From: the human T2T-CHM13v2.0 reference genome, Homo sapiens
DNA length: 64,000 bases
Assembly (NCBI RefSeq): GCF_009914755.1
Contig: NC_060946.1
Direction: 5' to 3' (one strand)
The notes under the pieces are model-generated. The model was not told where the DNA came from and made no database searches. It was given only the letters and a program-made list of their open reading frames with translations. Numbering within the stretch: the stretch's first letter is position 1; each line of letters starts with the position of its first letter. Positions 40,877 to 51,300 of this stretch are shown piece after piece. The position numbers and the translations under genes are program-made.

Positions 40877-43800
40877 TGAGGCCAACCCTCTCCATTATAG
40901 GTGTCTGAGGAAGATTATTAAGATAGTCCCACAAAGTGTTTAACATGATAGTTGGCACAAAGTTAGTATTTAATAAGTGTTTTCTATTATTATTTTCATT
41001 TGCTACAGCCAAAGCACTTATTTGGAAGAGCATTTCAGTGTGGCTATAAGCCTCCTGAAATTGATTATGTGCCTTGGCAGATGAGTGGTTTCTTTTTAGT
41101 GCCTGCCACATTGATGATACTCAATAAATATTTGTTGCATGAATGAAAGTGTGAACTACTGTGTCACGGGTTAGGCAGACATAGAAGTAGAACATAACAG
41201 TGTGGGTGGAGGAGTTAGCAGATCATTTGGCAGGCAATGGGGAGCTATTGAAGGTTTTTGAGCAGGGGCAGGAGAGTGTCAGATGGATTGAAGGAGGGAG
41301 GGTTTGGAAACAGGACAAGGAGTTGGCAACCTGTGGGCACCTTCCAGGTGAGAAGTCAGAGAGATCTGGTCCAGGGAGAAGGGAAGTGGGAGGGCCTTCG
41401 TTTTGTACTTGGCTGCTTCAGAGGCCTGCAAATCACCCTGGACCATGAGTGATGTGCTGGTCTGCTTACTGCAGCTACCCTCATCTGGGTCTCTTGGACT
41501 GCTACCCTAGCTCTCTCTAGCGCCTCCCTTAATTCAACTATCCCCCCCTGCCTCCAACTGGATCTGCATCCCCAGCCAGAAGAATCCTATAAAATGGTCC
41601 ATCTGATTTTGTCACTCTCCTCTTGGAAACCTTCCACTGGCTTTCTGGTGCCCCGAGGATAGCTTCAATTTCCCACTGTGGCTCCAGGTGCTGCAGAATC
41701 AAGGCCGGCTGATCTCTCTGACCTGCCTCTCCCTCCTCTCCTCCTTTGTCTGGTGGCTGTCCATCTGGGCTCCGCTGATCTGACCTTTCTCTAATCTGGA
41801 ACTCCCTCCCCTAAGTGAGGCCAGTCTGAACAACTTCAGGGTGGGAGATTGCCTGGGCATCTTGTTCCAGTGCAGATTTGGCTTAAGTCTGTGGTGGGGC
41901 CTAAGATGTCAATGTTTCTGCTGTGTTGGCACCACCTGGGGGCTTGCAAGGAGTGCAGATTCTCAGGCCCTGATTGGACCTCTGAATCCGAATCTGCATG
42001 TTGGCAATTTCAGCACATAAGTGTCTGGGGGTGCTGGTGGCAAGCACGTCTTAGGAGCATGTGACAGCTTCTCTGGTGGCTCCCTGGGGAGGGTAGGGGT
42101 GGTCCTCTGAGATCAGGGTTATGCCAGGCCTGGCCCAGGCACCCTGATTTCATAATTGAGTGTGACCTGTTTGAATCTCTATTCATGAACTGCTCTATAC
42201 CAAGCAGTTTGGGAGTTATTTCTGTTGATCAAGAGAGAAGAAACAGACCTGGCCAGGACAGGAAGAGACAAGCTCTGAGAGGTGGGGGGTGGATTTGCTC
42301 AGTACCTGCTGCCACTGGCCCAGGTGGCATGCCCCAAAATGACCTGCCCTTGTAAGGGGGTGCCGTGGGAGATGCAGAAAAGTTCTGGCCTTTTGTGACT
42401 CACGTATCCAGAAGTCATCTTCTTACTCCTTGAGAGGGAGACAAGATGAGCTTTCCAGTCCCATGGAGAGGCCGAGGCCTGCCTTGGCTGTCTGTGGATC
42501 TTCAGAGCCCACGTTCCCATCATCATGGCAGGCCCCAAATTCCCTGCTTTTGCTTAGTTCTTGTTCTCTTGCTCTTACAGCTGTTCCTTTATCTTGGTCC
42601 TGGTATTGATCCCAGCCCTAGTTCCCTGCTTCCCCTGCAACTTTCCATCAAAGTACCCACAAATACAAGCTGGGAAGTTGTAAGGATCACTGGAAAAGCA
42701 GGCATTGCTGTACAGAACTTAAAATGGCACAGAAGACAGAAGAACATATTTCCTGTTCTGGAATGATTTCCAGACCACCCCACCTCAGGCTTGGCACCCG
42801 CTGCATGGACTGCCTAGCCTCGGCCCCTCTTGTTGCCCTCTCTCTTACTCCCTCTTTCAAGTTCCCCTCTAAGTCCCCTTTCTTAGGCAAAGGGAGTCAG
42901 CGCTCTCCATTCCTGCGCCTAAAGTTCCCAGACTCACCCCAGACTCACCGTTGCACAGCCCAAGCACATCAGGGCTCTTGGCTGCAGGAGAGGCCTTCCA
43001 GGCCATAAGCAGCACGAAGAACCAGTGGGGACCTGGCAGTTAGCACTCCTCCTTTCATAGGAGGCATCCCTTGAGTGGCACTTGTGGTTTTAAGTAGTAA
43101 TTTTCCCCCTCCCTTTAGGTTATTTTCCAATAGAAGGCTGAGGCAATCTATGATCTTTATGTCATTCATTCATTTACTCACTTATCCATCCAATACATAT
43201 ACTGAGCAAAGTCAGTGTGCTGAGTGCAGATGCTGGGGGAACAAATACAGACAGGCTTGTTTCCAGAAGCAAGCTAATGGATTGCTCACCTCACCTGCGG
43301 GCTATGGTGACAGTGGAAATGATTTATGCCCTGGGTATTGCCCTATGCACCGAAACCTAAACTCATAAGATGTTATTGAGGGGAGCGAGTACTCTTTACC
43401 TTGCAAAAGGATTCACTGCAGGATTAAATAAAGCTGGAGAATTTTAGAATTTGAAAAGACGTCAGGGGACCTGCTCCTTCAATCCCTTCATTAGTTACTG
43501 GTGAAAAATCATATTTAAAAAGCTTAAGAGACTTGCTTAGAGTTATTCAGCAATGCCAGAGCCAGCGGGTCAGAGCCAGCACTGTTCTGTTCATTCTCAG
43601 TGCTGGTCTCTTTCCATCGGGCCCTGTATGATGTAGAGATGCTCCAGCGATGGCTGCTGCTGCTGCTAACCAGGTCAATATTTATCGAGTGCTTTCTGTG
43701 TGCCAGACACAGTTCTAAGTGCTTTTTACATGTTACAGCATTGCTCTCACGGCAATCCCATTAACAACACTGAGGCAGAGCTGAGACACAGAGAGATTAG

Positions 43801-45327
43801 ACAACTTGTCTAAGGTCACACAGCTCAGAAGGACTGGTCTTGGGCTTCTTATCCATTTGTCTTTTGAGCCCATGCTCTGAACCACAACACTGTGGCTTTT
43901 CTTTAGAGTGAGTCCCTGACCAGCAGTCCCCATAGAGAAATGTGTTTCCACTCACATATTGAAAGGAGAGTACTTCTCTACTGAACATCGTTTCAGTGCT
44001 AATAGCTAATAGTTTAATAAAAGCAAAGCTTGGCATCATACCTTTTGGCAGATCTTTATAAAGTTGTCATACATAGAGCTGCCATTAAAGCTTGTAAAGC
44101 TTTGTGGATAAAAGCAGCATGAAAAGCAGTTCATATGATGTGTGTGACAACAAACAGAATTGTGATCCAAATTACAGGTGAAACGGGACAGTGGCCCCTG
44201 GGAGGCTAGAAATACCTGCAGAGGCTTACGGAGTGAGATGTTTGTAAATAAAGCCATTCAAACATCAATTGTGTGTGGTTTTCTTGAGAAGCAACTGTAT
44301 TTAAGGGACTGCTTATACAAAATCAAGTTCTTCTTAGCAAGGATTGCTTTAAATATTCTGACTTGAATGAAGGCCAGTCATGTTCTGCCATTTTCAAAAA
44401 TCTTCTAACTGGAGTCTTAGAGTTGATTTTCTTTTCATTTGTGATTAATTTTCCAGAATAACATTCCCAGCTCCCACCCCACCCAGCGTTTATAGTCCAG
44501 AGATTCTGAGAGTAGGAAGTCTTAGTAAAGCCCAGAATCTAAAACAAATAAGACCAGTCAGTTCTCTAGTTAGCTTTTTTCCTTTCAAGTTGTTAGCAAT
44601 ATAAACTCTGGAAAGCCTAAACTTTAATGCACCCATCTCAGCAACATCTCCTGTAACGATGGAAAGGCATAGAAAAGAAGAAAAGGGAACATTATTAATC
44701 TTGTGGGAACGCTGGAGTTTTGTCTATTATCACAAGCAGCGTGAGCCCCAAGTCATTTAAATCCTCTGGGGGTGGGAGACATAATTATTTGCAAGGGAGC
44801 ATTATTAGCTAAGTACAAATGGGTTGCTATTTGTTTTTTCTGTTCTTTGTGATGATTACAGGCTGGGGATGGTGTTTAGTAACAGGATCCAGCAGGTCAG
44901 TTATGACAACTTCATCATCACTGTCATTAACCCCTTTTGTTTGCAGTGAACACAAAAAGCTGTTCAGTATCAAGAGAGTCAAGAAAAAGGGAAAGAAGAG
45001 GGGGTGGAGAAAGTGAGACAACCAAAGAGACAGCCAGGGAACAGAAATTCATACACTATGAACACCAGAAAAAAATACCCCTGGGTAATTGAGTCAGCTG
45101 ACTCAAATGGTGTAGGGGCCTCAGTTAGAGGACCAAATTTTGGACTCCTTGGTCTTTCTGCCAAAAGAGTAATTGCTCATGTTTATAGATGCAAATGTTT
45201 TTGCCATTTTGGTTCCTAGAAATGCCCTAGGGAGATGTTATTTTTGGTAAGGGGTCTTCCTGCTTCAAGTGTAATGACTGTGAACAACTAGTTTCAGTAT
45301 CTTCTCTAGCATGCCAGGGTAAAATGA

Positions 45328-45954
<627 letters not shown>

Positions 45955-47043
45955 AAGGTGCATTTTTATGTGCTTTTTCTCCTCTGTCTTCTCAACAACC
46001 CTGGGGTAAAAGGCCTCATTTCCACTTTTCCTATGAGAACAATAAAGTAGAAAGAGGTAAAAGACTGCCTCTAAGATCACCCAGCACAGAGCAGGGATTT
46101 GATTTCAGGTGTGTCTTGTTCCAAACTTAATATACTGTGCTGCTGGGGGAAAACAAAGAGCAAAAGGTTCTTAACTGAAGTCAAAGACGACCAAGAAAAT
46201 GTAGGCAGATGTCAGGTCTGATCATGTGGATGCTCAAATGATAAACAGACACATTGAGAGAAATTGTATTAATTAAATCATAAAAATATGTTCCGCTTTT
46301 TGGGGAATTTACTCCTCCTCCTGGGGTGACCCTTGACAAGACATTCTGTCTTCCTGTTTTTAAGCAAAAAAAAAAAAAAAAAGTGGGTAGAAGATGAAAG
46401 TTTGATATTTCGCTCATGCATAGCTTTGTCTCCTTAATATATTTTGTGCTTGCCTGTCATTTCAGCTTTCTGCTGGCAGACGAAGCTCCTTCGACTGCCA
46501 TTCCTACTTCTGACACTCCTCTTGTCCTTTTCAGGACAACTTTATGCCTATTGTGCCTTGGGTCTTGAGAAGCATGTGGTAAAACTGGCCAGTGGTGATG
46601 GCAGGCATAGCAGGGAATCAGATTGAGGGGGGCTGTGGCGTGGGAGAGAAAACAAAAGAGGGAAACAGGCTATTTGATGACAGAATCAGGCTGCTTCTGC
46701 AATGACATTACATGAAATATCTGAAATTTGACCTTAACTGTATCTGGTGGGTCCCGTTAACCCTGTAAGTTATGGACAGAACGTTCACTCAAATTCTAGC
46801 AACGTCTAGGCTCATGGAAATACGTGACCAATTCAGGTGAATGAAAGGGATTTTAAAACATTAATTTCCAGCTTAGGTCTTCCTAAGACTGCCTGCGTGT
46901 CCCTTACCACCACTCCAGCCTGAGTGTCACATGGATCCTGAATGCGGACTTGTGTGCACACTGTAGAAAAATAAGCAACTGAAAACCCCAGGCATCGGGG
47001 TGGAGTGATGATGAAAGACACCGAGACCGAAGATCAGGAAGCT

Positions 47044-47053
47044 GGAAATTCCC
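47044..47053 (-). promoter_or_regulatory. NF-kB consensus site
   Basis: ggaaattccc, i.e. GGGAATTTCC on the minus strand, ~1.15 kb upstream of the ATG in the CpG shore. Confidence 0.4.
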
Positions 47054-47935
47054 CCCAGCTTCGGTGTTTGGGCTGTATCTCGCTTTTCCACTTCCCTAAA
47101 TCACCCTCGTGGTGCGAGTGTGCTCGCAGCAGATGCTCCCTAATTGTCTCTTGTATTGACCGTAAAACCCTAACGACAGGAATACTCTCTCTCCTTCTAT
47201 TTCTCAACACCATTTCAACACCCAAACTAAAACCTCTCACCTGAGTGTAAGGGAGTGGTGACCTTCTTAAGCGGAGAGCTCTTCCATCAGAGGGCTCCCT
47301 AAGGGCATCTCTGTTCCTAGCCGGGGAGCCGTCACCCCACTTTGTTCTGCTTAGCCTAAGACACGCAACTTTTTCCAGCTTTTACTCTTCGCTGAATTCT
47401 CACGGTGGGGTTGGGGGGATGTTCAGGCTCAGGAGCGAGGTTGGGGGCCCGGCCCGCTGGGCGCTGTTCACCGGTAGCCCGGACCAGAGCAGGAGTTTCA
47501 TCATTACCTGCTGGGATAGGTGGGACACATGTATTTCCGGGGCCACCCCAGACCTCCCGGAGGATGCTGATTGACACTGTCCAGTTTGAGAACTACTGTG
47601 TCCAGGGAGCAGAGGCCTCCCCATAACCCCTTGGGTTGTGGACGTCTGGCCCAGGGCTTCTCTGGGTGAGCGGGGCGGGCATCAGAGCGCGTGGAACCTG
47701 GGGCGGGAGGTCGGGGCAGTGAAGGAGGAGGAGAAGGAGGAGGCGGAGACCGAGGGGGAGGGAGGGGAGGAGGAAGAGGAGGAGGAGTCCCTCGTGGCCA
47801 CCCCGAGGGGAGGGCGACCGTAGAGACTTGGTCGGGAGGCGCCGGCCCAGCGAGGCCGCTGGGACTGTGCACTGAGGGGCGCTGACCGTTGGACGCGCGC
47901 TCCCCGCAGACCCTCGCTGAAGGAGCAGGGGGCGG

Positions 47936-47947
47936 CGCGCGTGCGCG
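47936..47947 (-). promoter_or_regulatory. NRF1 consensus site
   Basis: Minus strand reads CGCGCACGCGCG, matching YGCGCAYGCGCR, within the CpG island. Confidence 0.5.
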
Positions 47948-48191
47948 GGGCGCCGGGCGGCGCGCGAGGGGGCGGAGCGGGGAGGCGTGCTGCGACCCCG
48001 GCCGGCTACAGCCTGCGGCGCGCGCAGAGCGCTAGTGGGGCGCGCGGCGCGCGCGCGGGGCGGGGGCGCGCGGAGGGGGGGGCTGCCCCGGGGCGGCCCC
48101 CCCAGGTCGGGGCGCGGCGGGCGGCGGCGGCGGGCGCGCGTCCCGTCCAGGTCCGGAGTAACCGCCGCCGCCGCCGCCAAAGCTCGCCAAC

Positions 48192-48304
48192 ATGGCGGAC
48201 CTGGAGGCTGTGCTGGCCGATGTCAGTTACCTGATGGCCATGGAGAAGAGCAAGGCGACCCCGGCCGCCCGCGCCAGCAAGAGGATCGTCCTGCCGGAGC
48301 CCAG
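48192..48304 (+). CDS. GRK3: G protein-coupled receptor kinase 3, first coding exon (37 codons + 2 nt, phase-2 intron follows)
   Basis: Translates [37 protein letters not shown](S), the GRK2/3 N-terminus; KRIVLPEP is GRK3 (GRK2 has KKILLPEP). Strong Kozak gccaacATGG, in-frame TAA at 48159-48161, donor CAG|GTACCA at 48304/48305. Confidence 0.97.
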
Positions 48305-51300
48305 GTACCAGCTGCCCCGGCCGGCGCCGGCCCCAAGCCGCCGCCCCCTGCGGCCGCCAGCTACCCCCTGCTTCCTGGAGGGTCGGGCGCTGAGCCTCCG
48401 CTGCCCCGGGGCGGGTGACACAGCGGAGCGGGCGATGCGGGGCCGGCCTCGTCGTTCCAGTCTCTGAAATGGGGCATCGGAGGGCCGGTGGGGGGCACCC
48501 CGGGAGAGAGCGCTCCAAAGTGCCCGGCGCGGCGCCCTGCGCGCAGCGAGCGCCCCAGCCAGGGTCTGGTTATGACTTGGCTGGACCAGCTCCATCCCTG
48601 TCGCCCCCTCCCCCCAGCCCTGTCCTGTCCTGCCCTGTCCCATCCCCGTGGTTCTTCCTGTTGCATTGGTGTAGTCCCCGTTGGCTCCTTGCCTGTCACT
48701 GCTTTGCGCTCCATCCTGGTCGCTCCTTCTTCCCGGGCTCATTGGTCCCCCTTTCCAACTCCATCCTCTCACCTCCCTCTGGGCCGCTTACCTGGGGACT
48801 GCAGGCTTGTTGCTTATTGTCCGAGGTAGTTAAACTGCTGTTTTCAGTACTTGCTCTTCTTGAAGTCTATTAAGTCTAGTCACCTTCTTCGGCTTCTCTT
48901 CTATTTTGTCCCCGGGCAGGATTTTGACCCACTCAGTATTCTTTTTGGTGCCAAGTGTGTCACCTGAGCTGCTTTCCTCAACTTGTAGATCTACTGGTGG
49001 CACTTTATTAAAAAATTGAAACAGGAGTCACTTAAAAAGACACTTGAATGGGTGATTCCAGACAGGAATTTGTTGTTAAATTATCAAAGGAGGGCCCGAT
49101 TGAATTGGCGAGGGGCTCGGTGAGGTGCATACCAAGTTGCAATTTTCTCTCAAATGATTTATTATTAAGGTACTAGTAAAATTTTTTCTAGTTCATATCA
49201 TTAGCACTTCCCCAGAAAAAATAGTTTGTCTGGTTAATAGTGAGTTTTAAATAACGTATCAAGGCTTCAGTGATGGATTTTTTTTTCTCTAGCTCCTTTC
49301 CTAATTAACACCATCATGAGTTGTACAGCTAATGTGATTCCTTGATGCTAAATAGCTCTTGGAATTGATGCTCAAAAGAGGCATCTTGTTTATGGTGAAT
49401 TTGAAACCATGCAATTCTGTAAAATATTGGAATCTAAACCAAAGTTATTGTCCATTTGAAATCATCAGTCCTTCAAGCGTTAGGCGCCCAAGATTGCTTA
49501 AATGTTACCTAATGCTAAGTGATCATCATCTGATTTTTTTTACAAGTCATCCATGAGCCCTATGATACAGAAAATACCAGTCCCCTTGTTATTTGTTGTG
49601 AAAAGCTAAATTGTGCAAATGAAGACATGCTTGCTAGGTATTTTGAGCTTGCTTTTCCTCCTTAGCCCATGCCTCTTGTTGGTTTTGCAGGATGTGCTAC
49701 TCTTTGATAGACAATGCCAAGTAGTGAAAATGAGGGAAAAGTGCAAACCTTTCTGCAATGTCGTGAGTTTAACACCCCTATTCCAGAGTGTAGCATATCT
49801 GAAGCTAATTGAAAAAAATCAATGCTGCTTAAAATTTCCGGCAAATGGGAAACTTACTTAGAGAACAAGAACGCCTACATCAAACCTAAATTTCACCAAA
49901 AAAACTGTACATTTCTAATGTGGTAGAAAAAGGCTTAATTCCTCTTTTGTCTTGCCTTTCCTAGTGTCCCTCCACCACCCAAAGGCAGGGAGTCCTAAAT
50001 ATGTAGTATTTCTATATACAAAATTGATAAATCTCAACTCATGGGCAGTTTTTTTTTTGGGGGGGGCTAGTATATAATATTAATAAAGTTAGGAACTTCT
50101 GTTCAGTTTTTTTTTTCTTGGTGTTTGGAACTTAATGTGACTTCTGCTTTTTTAGTGTCCCTCTTAAGAACGTACTTATGCACTTAGGGTGTTCACTTCC
50201 TTGTATGAATGCCTTTGTTTTTCAGTGGTATTCTTTGGTAATGCTTTCTTTTAAGGCAGAGTAAGTGACAGCCAGCATTATTTCTCATGACATTTGAAAA
50301 TTGAGAAATACCAACCAGAGAGTAATTTTAGGAAACAGCCCTTCAGTAATTGTTACTCTGTTGCTCTTTTTAAAATAGACTCTCGAATTGGGCCATTGGA
50401 ACCTCCTCCTGAGATTCTAATTTGTTTTCTACTTATCTTAGTGGCTTTGGCTTTAGTTTTGTAATGTAGCTATTTACATAGTAACAGTCACTCCTTGTGC
50501 TGTGTTAGGATTCTGTTACATTGAGATTATCAGGTATAACATCTTGCAAAATTCTCTCTACCACTGGATGGCAGTTAGTGGCCTACCTATTTGATTTGGA
50601 GGTTGGGGGTTGGGGAATTTCTAGATCCTGTAAAAAAGTTAATTGCATGTTAAAATGCCCCAGCCTAATGACTTAAATAGCTGGTATGACTTCACACTAT
50701 TGGTAAAAGGGATACGGGTCAAATGTTTTCTGATAAGTTTCTATTTCAGCTTCATTATAGAGGAAGCCATGTGATCACCAGTTTTTGGTATTCTTGAAAG
50801 AGATGTTCAGATTTGTATTTTTGGTATCTGAATGAGAAGCATACATTTTAATTTGCCTTTGGTCTATCACTAGTGATTTTTTTATTTCCAGCAAATTATT
50901 TGCAGTCACTATTCTTTGTGCTTCCTTATTTTAGTTACTTTGCCTTTCCCACAGTTTTAAACAGAAGAGCATCAGAACGAAATATCTAGCTAATTTAAAT
51001 GAAACACTGGGTTTGCAGCTTCCTGCCTATTACAGGAGAGTCTCAGAAAATGGAACATTCTGCCCAGGGGAGATTTTGCTTCCCTGAGATGGCAAGAGGC
51101 AAATATTTTGTTATGTTGACACTTTATTCAGTTAACCAACCAATGAGTGCAAATCCTGGAAAAGCTGACTGTTTGTCCAAATGGTATAGCTGCTTTAGTT
51201 TACTGAAATGTTGTTGAGCTAATGTAGCTGATAATGGGGCCTACTGGGAGTAGTAAACTGTGACCCACAGCCTCCCTTGCAGGCCCAGTTAAAACAGGAG

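Larger units (their letters stand above)
47380..48560. promoter_or_regulatory. GRK3: CpG island / TATA-less GRK3 promoter and 5'UTR
   Basis: Very high GC and CpG density, multiple GGGCGG Sp1/KLF boxes, no TATA box seen, no plus-strand ATG seen between ~47570 and 48191. The TSS cannot be fixed from sequence; boundaries approximate. Confidence 0.93.

Noticed and set aside
48192-48304. GRK2 (ADRBK1) as the gene identity
   Set aside because: The first ~30 residues are shared, but KRIVLPEP is GRK3 and GRK2 has KKILLPEP.
47504-48873. Overlapping 90-195 aa Pro/Arg/Gly/Ala-rich ORFs on both strands
   Set aside because: Expected stop-codon depletion in a CpG island; only the frame starting at 48192 matches a known protein.
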